From Myxococcota bacterium (GTDB lineage Bacteria; Myxococcota_A; SURF-8): a stretch of 64,000 bases of DNA. Under the pieces are notes generated by a model. That model worked only from the letters and a program-made list of their open reading frames with translations. It ran no database searches and had not been told where the DNA came from. Within the stretch, counting starts at the first letter, position 1. The number at the start of each line of letters is the position of its first letter. Where the stretch lies: assembly GCA_963674735.2 (NCBI GenBank), contig CAXXQS010000001.1:320001-384000 (forward strand). Reading direction: 5' to 3'. Below, in pieces: positions 8,120 to 20,985 of the stretch. The translations under genes were made by a program, and so were the position numbers.

Positions 8120-10201
8120 TCAAATCGTTTGTCCGGAAATGGCAATGGCGATGTCGGTGATGCGACGATGAATGCTTAGAATCGAATCGATGACGGTCAG
8201 GTGGCCTTCGCTGCTTTCGAGGGTTTCCGACTGGCCGGTATGCAGCCGTTTGATATGCTCGGTGCGCAGACGGCGTGCGGCCCATTCGACGGCGGTGCCT
8301 TCTTCGCGGATTTTCTGAGCGGCTTGACCATCCTCCCGGCGCGCCGCCTCGCTGAGACGGTCGAAGCGCTCAATCAACGAGCCGAGGTAGTAGAGCAGTT
8401 CGTCCTTGCCTTTTTGCGAGAAGCCGAGATCGTGCTGAGCCATTTTTTCAAGGGCGTGCAGCAATGATTTGACGATGATATCGCCCATGCTTTCCAAGGC
8501 GTCGGCCGCCGTGATGATGGCCTGCTCCCGTTGCAGGAGCCCCTCATCGTCGATTTCGCTGTGGTCCATCCGAGCCAGAAAGGGGCGGATGCTGCGTTCC
8601 AGCCGGTCGATTTTATCGTCTTCCTCGGCCAATTCGTAACAGCGGCGTTCGCTGGGGTTCTGAATTAAAAGCGCTACGCCCACTAATTGTCGCCGCAGCA
8701 GCTCGGCCATGTGCAGGGTTTCCAGGTAGGCTTGATGAATGGCTACGGAGGGGAAGGCCAGGGAGCTTTCCTCCAGGTATTTCGGCTGAAAAGCCTTTTC
8801 GGAGGCATCCACCGGAATGATGAGCAGGGTCAGTTTTTCGAGCAGCTTGGCGAAGGGCAGGAAGGCAACCGCCGCTCCGACCGCAAACAGCGTGAAGCCG
8901 ATGGCCACTTGCCGGGCGATGCTGGTATTGTTCATCGCGGCGCTGATCCATTCGGTGGCCTGAACGAACACATCGAGAAAAGGTAGAAAAACCGCAACCG
9001 CCAGGAGGGAGTAAAGCAGGTGGGCGACCGCGACCTGCTTGCCGCTGCGGCTACTGTTCAAACTGGCCAGAAGGGCGGTGGCGCAGGTGCCGATGGCGGC
9101 TCCCATGCTGATGGGAATGCAGGCGCTCAAACTGAGCATCCCCTGCGAGGCCATGGCCATGGCGACACCGATGGTGGCGCTGGAGCTCTGGATCACGGCG
9201 GTGAAGACAGCGGCGAACAGCAAGGCCAGTACCGGACGGCTACCGAGGCTCAGCATCAGGTCGGCCACCTGCGGTTCGGACCGCAGCGGGATCATGGCGT
9301 CGCTCATCAGTCCCATGCCGAAAAAGATGAAGCCGAAGCCCATGATGATTTTACCGATTCGCCGATAGCGTTTGATTTTCGACAGGGTGTAGAGGAGGAG
9401 GCCGGAGGCGACCAGCCCCAGTGAGTACTGACCGATATTGAAGGCGATGATCTGGACGGTGAGGGTGGTTCCGATTTTGGCTCCGATGATGATGCCGATG
9501 GCCTGGGAAAGCGTGAGAAGGGTTGCGCTGACCAGACCCACCAGCATGACCGTACTGGCGGAGGAGCTTTGCAGAAAGAAAGTGATGACCGTTCCCAGGG
9601 CCGCTCCACGCCAGGGGTTGCGCGTCATGGCACCCAAAACGGCCCGCATGCGGTCGCCCGCCACCTTTTGCAGATTGCGGCCCGCCTGATCCATTCCGAA
9701 CAAAAACAAGGCCAGTCCGCCGATCAGACCGATCAGCAGGGTGATCAGCCACGTGCCGGATTTGACCACCAGCCGAATCAGGACGGGTTCGACGGCGCTT
9801 CGCTCATCGTTCAGGCTCGCCGCGAAAACATAGTCGCCGGGGCCTTCTTCCGGCAAAACATGAAAGACGGCCCGACCCTGGGCGTCCGTCACGATGGGAG
9901 GCCATTGGATCGGATGCGCACGCCGACGGCTTTGAGGCGATTCGATCAAGGACAGTCGGATCGCACGCTCGGGGGCGGGTTGGCCGTTCTCCTGCAGGAC
10001 AACGATCAAGTCTACCGGGGTTTCTTGTCGTTCGGAAATGCTCAGGTGATCGGCGCTCCGCGGATAGGAAAGCTGGGTGAGGGTGAAGGATGGCGTTTGA
10101 ACGACCCGACCGGCTTCCAATCGGCCCGCTTCCGTCTGTCCCAGGCATGGGGCGGCGAGGATGAAAAGGAACCCGGCCAGAATGTAAATAACTGTTTTCA
10201 T
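8120..10201 (-). CDS. Na/Pi cotransporter (NptA/YjbB family) with PhoU-like C-terminus and an extra N-terminal exported domain
   Basis: GGLALFLFGM, two QSSS motifs, GAKIGTT/GAAIGT repeats, helical C-terminal domain; start at 10201 or 10216. Confidence 0.88.
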   Translation of the reverse strand: MKTVIYILAGFLFILAAPCLGQTEAGRLEAGRVVQTPSFTLTQLSYPRSADHLSISERQETPVDLIVVLQENGQPAPERAIRLSLIESPQSRRRAHPIQWPPIVTDAQGRAVFHVLPEEGPGDYVFAASLNDERSAVEPVLIRLVVKSGTWLITLLIGLIGGLALFLFGMDQAGRNLQKVAGDRMRAVLGAMTRNPWRGAALGTVITFFLQSSSASTVMLVGLVSATLLTLSQAIGIIIGAKIGTTLTVQIIAFNIGQYSLGLVASGLLLYTLSKIKRYRRIGKIIMGFGFIFFGMGLMSDAMIPLRSEPQVADLMLSLGSRPVLALLFAAVFTAVIQSSSATIGVAMAMASQGMLSLSACIPISMGAAIGTCATALLASLNSSRSGKQVAVAHLLYSLLAVAVFLPFLDVFVQATEWISAAMNNTSIARQVAIGFTLFAVGAAVAFLPFAKLLEKLTLLIIPVDASEKAFQPKYLEESSLAFPSVAIHQAYLETLHMAELLRRQLVGVALLIQNPSERRCYELAEEDDKIDRLERSIRPFLARMDHSEIDDEGLLQREQAIITAADALESMGDIIVKSLLHALEKMAQHDLGFSQKGKDELLYYLGSLIERFDRLSEAARREDGQAAQKIREEGTAVEWAARRLRTEHIKRLHTGQSETLESSEGHLTVIDSILSIHRRITDIAIAISGQTI

Positions 10202-10399
10202 ACCATATATTATCATTGCCGCGGAATGGGAAGGCCGGATTGTTCAGGCTTGCCAGCCGCCTTTTTCAATCATAACCCGGATCCGGCGGGCCATGCAAAC
10301 ATTCCGTTGCGAAATATACCTGGAAAAAGGGATTAACATAGGTTATCTTCTTCGCAGTTAGGAGGGGGCTCCCAATCAACCGCTTACGAATCTTCAAGA

Positions 10400-10428
10400 T
10401 TGACCCTGTCGGGAAAATTGGGTATAAT
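10400..10428 (+). promoter_or_regulatory. Sigma70-type promoter for the HD-GYP/kinase operon
   Basis: TTGACC-17 bp-TATAAT, 40 bp upstream of the ATG at 10469. Confidence 0.7.
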
Positions 10429-10468
10429 AGTTGAGTTATAACGACATTACTAAAGATAGTGGGCGTCA

Positions 10469-11560
10469 ATGACCGAAATTCAATTGACAGGCGAAGCGAA
10501 GAGCTCGAACCCCGATGCTCCGCACTATCGCATTCTCATCGTGGATGATGAAGAGATCAATCTCAAGATTCTTCGGATCTACCTGGAAGACAAAGGGTAC
10601 GACGTCGTCAGCGCCATCAACGGCGATGAAGCCATTACGATCCTGAAAAACGAAGAAGTCACGGTTTGTATCTGCGATATTCGCATGCCGAAAATTTCGG
10701 GCATCGATGTGCTCAACTTCGTGCAACAACACAAGCCGATCGTGCCGGTGATCATGCTTACCGGTTTCATCGATATCAATACCGCCGTCAGCGTCATGCG
10801 CCAGGGAGCCAGCAACTATCTGACCAAGCCCATCGATGCCGGAGAATTGATCATTTCGGTCGAGAAAGCGATCGAGCATCGGAAGCTGGTTGAGGAAAAG
10901 CACCGCCTGGAGCGTGAAAACCTGGATTATCAGCGTGGTTTGGAACGGCGCATCGAGGAGAAAACGCAGGCTTTACAGCAAGGCGTGCTGGATATGGTGG
11001 TGTCGCTCGCCAACGCCGTTGAGGAACGCGATAAACATTTGATCGGACATTCCAAGCGTGTGGCGCAATACGCCAATATGCTGGGACGTAAAATCGGACT
11101 CGACAAAATCGCTTTACGGCTCTTGCAGAACGCCGCCATTTTGCATGATATCGGTAAGATCGGATTACCCGACGATATCCTCAGCAAGGGCGAGGAACTG
11201 GAGTCCGAGGAAGCGCAGATCATGCACACCCACGTTATGCGTGGGGTCAATATCCTTCAGCCGAGCGGTTTTCTTCAGAACGTGATTCCCGCCGTGCAAT
11301 ACCATCATGAAAACTGGGATGGTTCGGGCTATCCGGCCGGGGCGAAGGGGGAGGACATTCCCTTACCGGCGCGCATTATCAGGCTGGTTGATTTCTTCGA
11401 TGTACTGACCACGCCGCGTGCCAATCGTCAGGCTTTGGAGATCGAAACCGCCGTTGAAAAGCTGAAAAAGGCCAGCGGGGTTGAAGTGGATCCCGATCTG
11501 GTCGGACCCTTTCTTGAGTTGGTTGAAAAAATGATAGCCAAATTGCCGAAGCGTGATTGA
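10469..11560 (+). CDS. Response regulator REC-HD-GYP c-di-GMP phosphodiesterase (RpfG-like)
   Basis: ILIVDDE, CDIRMP, KP; GHSKRV, LHDIGKIG, HHENWDGSGYP. Confidence 0.92.
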   Translation: MTEIQLTGEAKSSNPDAPHYRILIVDDEEINLKILRIYLEDKGYDVVSAINGDEAITILKNEEVTVCICDIRMPKISGIDVLNFVQQHKPIVPVIMLTGFIDINTAVSVMRQGASNYLTKPIDAGELIISVEKAIEHRKLVEEKHRLERENLDYQRGLERRIEEKTQALQQGVLDMVVSLANAVEERDKHLIGHSKRVAQYANMLGRKIGLDKIALRLLQNAAILHDIGKIGLPDDILSKGEELESEEAQIMHTHVMRGVNILQPSGFLQNVIPAVQYHHENWDGSGYPAGAKGEDIPLPARIIRLVDFFDVLTTPRANRQALEIETAVEKLKKASGVEVDPDLVGPFLELVEKMIAKLPKRD

Positions 11561-11617
11561 ACCGATTGACCGAATTCCACGATGCCCTAACATCCTTAAT
11601 CCAACGAATGAGTCACC

Positions 11618-13846
<2,229 letters not shown>

Positions 13847-13849
13847 TCC

Positions 13850-15592
13850 ATGAGACATCTCAACCATTTACACAGCCTGTGGTTTTCGATTCTTCTGCTG
13901 GCGGTCATCGGCGTTTCCGGCTGTGCTCGTCCGGAATTGCCACCGGTGCAAGCGCCGCCGGTTCTTGTTCCGCCGCCCGCAGCAGAGCCTGTGGTGGTCG
14001 AGCCTCCCGCATCGCCTCCGCCGGTCGTCGAAGCGCCGCCCCCGCCGTTTCGCTTTTCGGGTTCGCCCAATTCTCACTACGGCAAAGCCACGCTCGCCAT
14101 GCGGCCTTTGGGCGATGAAATGTATTACGAGGATCTTCTGCGCGCGGAATGCCGAGAAGCCGGATGGGACGCGCTGGAAATCGATCCGCAGTTGCGCAGT
14201 GCCGCCCGTGAATTATCGCGCTACTACGGTGAGCGCCAGAGCGTGCCGCCCCAGGCGTTGCTGCGGGAGGCCATGGTGTGGGCCGGGGTAGGGGAAATTG
14301 CGCCGACTTTCCTTTACTATGGAACCCGAGATGAGCTGAATCTCGAAAAATATCGGGAGTTTGTACGGGAGTGGATACAGGGTTTGAAGCAACGCAAACC
14401 CTTCAACGTGGCCGGAGTGGGGGTGTTCGTTCATCAGCCGGACCCGAACCGCGCGGCGGTGAGCTACGTCACGATCCTGGGCGTGGATCGGCGCTTGGAT
14501 CTCGATCCCATTCCACGTGTCGTGCCGCTGGAAAATCGTTTTATCGTGCGCGGCGACACCCGCGATTCCGATCTCAATCTACATTTCTACCTGGATTTTC
14601 TAGGAAATCACATCTTCGATGCGGCGATCTCCACCGAGAAGGGCGCGTTCGGCTTCGAAGTCCAGGTGCCGGCCACCGAAGCGATCTATCATCTTGAAAT
14701 CACCTCGGTTGAAGAAGACGGGAATCGCGTTCTGACCAGCTTCCCGCTGTATTTCAAAGTGGAGCCGCCCCAGGAATTCAAGCCGGTGCCCGATCCGCCG
14801 CGTTGCACAAGTCAGGTGGATTGCGAGTCCATCTTTCATCAGCGCATCAATGAATTGCGACTCAAGTCAAAAACCGCCGACCTGATCGTTTCGGAAAAAC
14901 TGGTCGAAGCGGCGCGCAGCCATGCAAGTGACATGCTGACCCACCATTACACCTCGCTGTTCGATCGCCAGGGCCGCCCGGTGCAGGCGCGTGTCAAGGC
15001 CATGGGGCTCGACACCTTGCAGGTGGGCGAAGTGGTGGATGGCGGCTACGATATTTCCGCCATTGCCGACCATTTCGCCGATAGTCCGAGCTTGAGCCTG
15101 TTTTTGCAGAATGCGCAGATTTCTCATGTCGGTTGCGGGGTGGCGACCCAATCCGGCGAACGGAATCGCCGTTATTATTCGGTAAGTTGCATGGTGGCCA
15201 CCTTGATCGACTCTCGGGAGGGTGCGGAACTGGCGGCCGCCGTTCGTCAGGAATTGAACGCCATGCGTCATCGCGCCGGGAAACCGGTTTTCTTCGATGA
15301 ACCGCGCTTGCAACAGGTGGCCGATTGGGGCTTGGACGAGCTGCTCAAGGATCCCGGACGCGCCGAGGAGATTCAAGGCGAGATCAACATCGAAATCGAG
15401 AAAAGCCGACTGGTCAGCACGCGTTCAATCTTCGGAGTGGTGACCGTGTACGATCTGGGTCAGCTGGCCGTCAATAGCACGATTCGGAACGTGATCGAAT
15501 CGGATGCCACGCGAATCGTCTTGGCCGTCCGCAAACGTGTGGCCCCCGAGAACCCCTACAAGGGCATCTTCTTGTACTATATCGCCTACTAG
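13850..15592 (+). CDS. CAP/SCP-domain lipoprotein (degenerate CAP motifs)
   Basis: Lipobox VSGC, Pro-rich linker, INELR...LVEAARSHASDM and SHVGCGV CAP-like segments. Confidence 0.65.
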   Translation: MRHLNHLHSLWFSILLLAVIGVSGCARPELPPVQAPPVLVPPPAAEPVVVEPPASPPPVVEAPPPPFRFSGSPNSHYGKATLAMRPLGDEMYYEDLLRAECREAGWDALEIDPQLRSAARELSRYYGERQSVPPQALLREAMVWAGVGEIAPTFLYYGTRDELNLEKYREFVREWIQGLKQRKPFNVAGVGVFVHQPDPNRAAVSYVTILGVDRRLDLDPIPRVVPLENRFIVRGDTRDSDLNLHFYLDFLGNHIFDAAISTEKGAFGFEVQVPATEAIYHLEITSVEEDGNRVLTSFPLYFKVEPPQEFKPVPDPPRCTSQVDCESIFHQRINELRLKSKTADLIVSEKLVEAARSHASDMLTHHYTSLFDRQGRPVQARVKAMGLDTLQVGEVVDGGYDISAIADHFADSPSLSLFLQNAQISHVGCGVATQSGERNRRYYSVSCMVATLIDSREGAELAAAVRQELNAMRHRAGKPVFFDEPRLQQVADWGLDELLKDPGRAEEIQGEINIEIEKSRLVSTRSIFGVVTVYDLGQLAVNSTIRNVIESDATRIVLAVRKRVAPENPYKGIFLYYIAY

Positions 15593-15804
15593 CGATTTTC
15601 CGGTTTCGACCATCACTCACCGCGAGTGGTTGTCGCTCTTTGGGGAAAGCCGGAGATGGGGAGGACGGCTGTCGGTCTCTTGTGCCGGAGCGCGCCTCCG
15701 ACCGCTCCGGAGGAAGCGCCGGGGAATGAAATCCCTTGCGTGATTTCATTGAATGTGTAAAATGAAATGTCCGAAATGCGAAGGAATTTAAAGGAGATGT
15801 ATTC

Positions 15805-17049
15805 GTGAGACGCTTTACTGTTTGCCAGGAGGTTACGTTGTCAAGCCAGCGATTTGCACAAATTTTAATCGTGATGGTTACGTTGGGTATCGCGTCTTGG
15901 GCCTTTGCCGCGCAGCCCGAGGCCGGTCTTTTACTGATGCCGATCGTACCCGATCCCGAAGTCAGCCTGGACGATGCCGAGCAGATCGATCAAATACTCG
16001 GCAAACGCATGAAAAAATTCAAGAAATTCGATATTTCGACCATCGATGACTATACCGATAAGTTCGGACGCAAGCGCGCCCGCAGTATGATGCGCTGCGG
16101 CGATGACGTGAAATGTCTGGATCGCTATCTCCGGCGTGCGCCCTACGATCTGGTTGTAGTCGGCCGTGCCGGGTTCGAAGGCAATGGCAGACTCACGGTT
16201 CGTTTCCAGGTTTATAACCTGGCCGAGGGTGAGGTTGTTCGTCGGAAAGAATTCAAATTGAATGCCGGTACTTTTTCCGATAAAAAACATGCCCGCAAAT
16301 GGACCCTCGCGCTATTGGTGCCGGTTGAGGATCTGCTGGGTGAATCGGATGTGATCGAGCCCGAACCGGAACCGACCCCGGCTCCGGTGGCGGCACCCGT
16401 CCGGCGGCGACCCGACCTCGCTTCGGCGGAGGATGTTAAAGATGGTATCCGGACGGCTTACATGTACTTTGCCGACGGCAACATCAACGGTGCGGTCGGA
16501 AAAATCCAGCAGGTGGTCAAGCGCCGCTGCGGCTGCGATGAGGATGGCCGCGCTTATGGCATGAAGGCCATGTTGGAGGCTTTTCGGGTGGCCCACGACC
16601 GCGTGGCGACGGCCATGCAACGCTCGGATTCTAAAACGATTATCGGGAACCTGGAGGAGATGAAGACGCTGGAAGGCGAGTTGTCCGAAGAAGGCCACAA
16701 GCTGAATGTCAAGGGGGAGAGCCGCTACGCGAAAGATATGGGCCGGGCTTTTGCCAAAGGTTACATTCTGCAAGGCCAGGGGCAGCTGAAAGCGACCCAG
16801 TATCTGGATGCCCGCGACAGTTTCAACAAGGCGTTGGAATACGATTCGAACGCGGTCGAGGCCAAAGAACAACTGGACAAAATGCCTCGCTATGCCAATC
16901 AACTGTTGATGCAGGGAACCTTTATGGTCGACTATGCGCCGGAAGAAGCGCTCAAAAAGCTGCGCATGGTGCAGGAAATGGTGGGCGAAGGCGATCCCCT
17001 CTACGCAAAAGCCCAGGAAAAAATAAACGAAATCGAAGAGATGGACTAA
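15805..17049 (+). CDS. Exported protein with C-terminal TPR repeats
   Basis: Signal peptide (AWAFAA-type), C-x4/5-C-containing N-domain, PEPEP linker, TPR-like ARDSFNKALEYDSNAVEAK; true start may be TTG at 15838. Confidence 0.6.
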   Translation: MRRFTVCQEVTLSSQRFAQILIVMVTLGIASWAFAAQPEAGLLLMPIVPDPEVSLDDAEQIDQILGKRMKKFKKFDISTIDDYTDKFGRKRARSMMRCGDDVKCLDRYLRRAPYDLVVVGRAGFEGNGRLTVRFQVYNLAEGEVVRRKEFKLNAGTFSDKKHARKWTLALLVPVEDLLGESDVIEPEPEPTPAPVAAPVRRRPDLASAEDVKDGIRTAYMYFADGNINGAVGKIQQVVKRRCGCDEDGRAYGMKAMLEAFRVAHDRVATAMQRSDSKTIIGNLEEMKTLEGELSEEGHKLNVKGESRYAKDMGRAFAKGYILQGQGQLKATQYLDARDSFNKALEYDSNAVEAKEQLDKMPRYANQLLMQGTFMVDYAPEEALKKLRMVQEMVGEGDPLYAKAQEKINEIEEMD

Positions 17050-17131
17050 TTTGCCTTGTATGCTGGCCGGTCGTTGCGGTCAGTCGGGTTGTATCGCTGC
17101 TATAGGCGAGCGTTGGAAAACGAGCGGGTTG

Positions 17132-20100
17132 ATGATGAAATGGCGGGCGGTTGTCTGGTGTCTTCTGTTGTTCGGGATGGGTCTATCCTCTTCGCGGGTT
17201 GCCCAGGCCGAGACCGCTACGGGTTTCATTCCCCCGGGCGGCATGGTCGAGTTGAGTTCGGATTCTCCCCAGAAAATCACTTTGGCTTTCCTCGACTTCA
17301 TCAGTCCGCGGCGCGACCGCGCGGAACTGGATGGCTGGGTGTATCTGTTTGCCCATGATCTGCAATACCGAGGTCTCGGTCGCGGTTCGCACAAGCTACA
17401 TGCGCTTGATTTTGATGAAATGCGCGGTCTTTTCAGAAAGGAACTGGGCGTTTCAACCGTCACTCCGGCGCAAATGATGGCGCTGGCCGATCTGCTTTCC
17501 ACGGATTACGCCGTTTACATCGATGAACGTCTCACCCTCGATGGATGGGTTTGGTGTGTACGGGTTTACAATGGCCGCTCCGGAGCCTACCTTGCCCGAA
17601 CCGATATCCCGGTGATCGAAGAGCATTGGCGCTGGATGGCCGATCACGTTTTACATGCCATCGGGAGCGTGCTTTTACCCATGGGTGAAGCATTGCCCGA
17701 AAGCGGGGAGGCACCGGCGGAGGCGTTGCTGCTTGATTCCGTCAAGCGTTTCGGGCGTATTGTCCCCGCTTGTCAAAAAGGACAATGTTTAACGGTTTTG
17801 GACGACCTGGAATGGATCGGCCTGAACAACCGCGAGTTTTCCGACAGCCTGCAACGCGATCCGGTTTACCTGAACATGTTGATGCGTGAAGCCGACGATC
17901 CGGTTTCGCTTGCGCGGATCGGATTGTGGGCGGGCAATGCCTTCGATGTTCTTTTACGGATCGAGAACCTGCTGAAGAACACGAAAGACCGCAAGATGCG
18001 GGTCCGGTTGCTCGAACTGGCGATCGAGGCGGCAGTGGCGCTTGGTCAAGGGGAAAAAGCCGAGAAACTCGGGCTGGATCTGAAAGCCATCGATGTTGCC
18101 AATCCGCTGGTTAACGCCGCGCTTGGAGTCGGTTTGCAGATGCGCGAGCGATGCCGTGAAGCGATGCCGTACCTGATGCGCGCATCAGGAAAAACGCGCC
18201 TTTATCCACAGGTTCTCGATGCACAGATGGTTTGCTGTCGGGATCAGGAACAACCCGAACAGCTTTGGAAAAGCAAAGAGCGGCTGGCGGATTATAGCTT
18301 CGCTTTGGAAAATTTCCCGGTGACCGCGCCGCGCTATCTCGAACTTTTGGATCACGACTTTCAGACGAAATTCCTGAACCGCATTCCCACCCGCATTCTG
18401 AGTCGATACGACCGGCGCAATTTGTCGACGCTGCTCAACCAGAAGGGGGCGGTGCATGTGAAAAACGACGCCGAAGTTTTCAGACGGCTGGCCGAGTTGA
18501 TGCTTCTGGAAAAGCGGTACGACGAAGCCGACCGGATTTTACGTGGTGCGCTGCAGGTTTACCCGCAGAACAGCGCCCTGGTATTGTTGGCCGTGCGCGA
18601 AGCCATCAAGACCAAAGAGGGCGTGGTGCGAGCTCAGCGTTTGATGGAAGGCCTGAAGGAACACGACCGCGAGCCTCTTTTACAACTGCGCTTGATGAAG
18701 GAAACCGGGCAAAACAAGGCCGCGCTCGATTTGATCGATCAAACGGACTGGCCTGCCGGATGGGCCGATGAGTTGGTCATCATACGGGCCGGGTTCCTGA
18801 TGCGGGCCGAGAAATATTCGCAGGCGGCGGAACGGTTGGAGCGGCTCAAACAGGCGCAGCCCGAGCGCGAGGATGTGGCATGGATGCTCGCCGACGCCTA
18901 TGAGCAGCTTGGGCGCGACAAGGACGAGACGGCGGTACGGGCTTTGGCCTGGCTGCTTGGCGGAAAGCCCCTGCCGGAGGTCGGTGAGGAACGCTTTGCC
19001 AACCTGGATTACGCCGGTTTGATACTGCCGCATCCGCTGGTTCGGTCGCGAGGAGCGGGGAAGCTCGAAGCCATCGGCTCGGTTATTCTGCTGGATGGGT
19101 CGGGGAATGTTTGCCTGGAAAACGATTGTAAACTCAAGCAGCTTTTGCGCATGTATGTTCCGCAGGAAGAAGGGCGGACGTTGCACGACGTGTTGGAACT
19201 GCTGAAAACCCGTTATACCGTGGTCGAATCCGAGATTGCTCAAACGTCGTTCAAAGAGCGCGTGTTCGACGAATCCACCCAGCCATTCAAACGCTGGTCC
19301 AATCAGGACTTGGTCGAATTCGCATCGACCCTGAATGTCGAGGGCTTGTTCATTCTCAAAACCGAAGACAGCCTGGACCTCGAAACGGAGACACTCGAAA
19401 AACGGACCCAGCTCTTTTTCTTCGATGCGACGATGAATCGCGGGTATGCAACCGGCAACCGACACGAAATCGAGCTGTTCAGCGTTTACCGTTTCAATTC
19501 TCTGTACATGATAGTGCCTCTGCTGGTGATTCTCATTATGCTGTACCTCATGTGGGAATTCCGGCGCATCATGCAGCATTGGGGCAGCCCTGTTTTAAAG
19601 GCGCAATATCTGATCGCCCATAAAAATTTTCGCAAGGCTGCCGACGTCATGGAGCGGTTCGGTTATACCGACGACGCCGCCAACCTGCGCGCTCACGCGC
19701 AAATGAATCAGGGGCACTCCGACGAAGCCTTGGAATTGTTCATGCAGTCGCGCGATTACGAGAATGCCCTGGTCGTGTTGAAGTACTGTTCCGATTCACC
19801 TGCCGTGCAAGCCACTGCCGCCGAATTGTATTTCATTCGCAAGGATTACGAGCGGGCGGAGGCTTATTATCGAAAAACCCGCAACCTGATCGGCATCGCC
19901 AAAGTGAATGAGGCGTTGGGACGCAAGGAAATGGCGGCGCGCGTACTGGGCCAATACTATTTTGAATCCGCCAACCCCATGGCGGCCATCGAGGAATATC
20001 GCAAGATCGAAGACTACGACAGCATCGGGATGGTGTATTTCTACTATCACAAATTCAAGCATGCTGCGGTGATGTTCCAGCAATCCGGAAACGACGAAAT

Positions 20101-20185
20101 GGCGAAAAAATGTCTGTTGCGCCAGGGCGTTAAAGCCAAAAACGGAGGGTTCGACAGGACGCCGGAAGGGTCGAATTTGACATGA
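17132..20185 (+). CDS. Large TPR/alpha-solenoid membrane protein
   Basis: Signal peptide from MMKWRAVV, many TPRs, one TM (LYMIVPLLVILIMLYLMW), C-terminal short helical repeats. Confidence 0.7.
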   Translation: MMKWRAVVWCLLLFGMGLSSSRVAQAETATGFIPPGGMVELSSDSPQKITLAFLDFISPRRDRAELDGWVYLFAHDLQYRGLGRGSHKLHALDFDEMRGLFRKELGVSTVTPAQMMALADLLSTDYAVYIDERLTLDGWVWCVRVYNGRSGAYLARTDIPVIEEHWRWMADHVLHAIGSVLLPMGEALPESGEAPAEALLLDSVKRFGRIVPACQKGQCLTVLDDLEWIGLNNREFSDSLQRDPVYLNMLMREADDPVSLARIGLWAGNAFDVLLRIENLLKNTKDRKMRVRLLELAIEAAVALGQGEKAEKLGLDLKAIDVANPLVNAALGVGLQMRERCREAMPYLMRASGKTRLYPQVLDAQMVCCRDQEQPEQLWKSKERLADYSFALENFPVTAPRYLELLDHDFQTKFLNRIPTRILSRYDRRNLSTLLNQKGAVHVKNDAEVFRRLAELMLLEKRYDEADRILRGALQVYPQNSALVLLAVREAIKTKEGVVRAQRLMEGLKEHDREPLLQLRLMKETGQNKAALDLIDQTDWPAGWADELVIIRAGFLMRAEKYSQAAERLERLKQAQPEREDVAWMLADAYEQLGRDKDETAVRALAWLLGGKPLPEVGEERFANLDYAGLILPHPLVRSRGAGKLEAIGSVILLDGSGNVCLENDCKLKQLLRMYVPQEEGRTLHDVLELLKTRYTVVESEIAQTSFKERVFDESTQPFKRWSNQDLVEFASTLNVEGLFILKTEDSLDLETETLEKRTQLFFFDATMNRGYATGNRHEIELFSVYRFNSLYMIVPLLVILIMLYLMWEFRRIMQHWGSPVLKAQYLIAHKNFRKAADVMERFGYTDDAANLRAHAQMNQGHSDEALELFMQSRDYENALVVLKYCSDSPAVQATAAELYFIRKDYERAEAYYRKTRNLIGIAKVNEALGRKEMAARVLGQYYFESANPMAAIEEYRKIEDYDSIGMVYFYYHKFKHAAVMFQQSGNDEMAKKCLLRQGVKAKNGGFDRTPEGSNLT

Positions 20186-20985
20186 TCGTCACCTGCGTTC
20201 AATTCGAGCCGACTCATCGTCATGTTGCAGCCAACCTGGACAGCATCGACCGGCTGACCCCGGATGATGCCGATCTGGTGGTGTTTCCCGAACTGGCGAC
20301 CTGCGGCTATCTGTTTCTCGATCCGACGGATCTTCGCCGGGTGGCTTTTTCGCGCAAAAGCCCGGAAATGGAGCGTTTGCACGGGGTGGCCGAGCGCTGC
20401 AACTGTCATCTGGTGGTCGGCTTCGCCGAAGCCACCGCCGAGGGTGTGTATAACAGTGCGGCTCTGATCGGACCGGCCGGTCTGGTGGATGTCTATCGCA
20501 AGGTGCACCTGTTCAATACCGAAAAGCGGGTGTTTGTACCCGGCAACGAAGCATGGCGAGTCAACAAGATCGGGGACGCGACCGTCGGCATGATGATCTG
20601 CTTCGACTGGCAGTTTCCCGAAGTGGCGCGCATTCTGGCGCTCAAAGGGGCCGATCTGATCTGTCATCCGTCGAATCTGGTTCTTCCCTATTGTCAAACG
20701 GCCATGGTGACGCGTTGTCTGGAAAACCGGGTTTTCGCCGCGACCTGCAACCGAGTCGGGACCGAGACGGTCGGCGGGGAACAGGTGAATTTTACGGGGC
20801 AAAGCCAGATTTTGACGCCGCTGGGCGAACGTCTGGCGCAGGCCTCGGTCGACACACCTGACGTGATTCGCGCCACTCTCGATCCGTCACAGGCGCGCCA
20901 TAAAAACATCAACGAACTCAACGACTGGCATGCCGACCGCCGGCCGGAATTATATGGAGATCTGACTCGTGACGACCGTTCCTGA
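20182..20985 (+). CDS. Carbon-nitrogen hydrolase (nitrilase/amidase family)
   Basis: Catalytic triad motifs FPEL, YRKVHL, ICFD; start overlaps the upstream stop (ATGA). Confidence 0.92.
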   Translation: MIVTCVQFEPTHRHVAANLDSIDRLTPDDADLVVFPELATCGYLFLDPTDLRRVAFSRKSPEMERLHGVAERCNCHLVVGFAEATAEGVYNSAALIGPAGLVDVYRKVHLFNTEKRVFVPGNEAWRVNKIGDATVGMMICFDWQFPEVARILALKGADLICHPSNLVLPYCQTAMVTRCLENRVFAATCNRVGTETVGGEQVNFTGQSQILTPLGERLAQASVDTPDVIRATLDPSQARHKNINELNDWHADRRPELYGDLTRDDRS

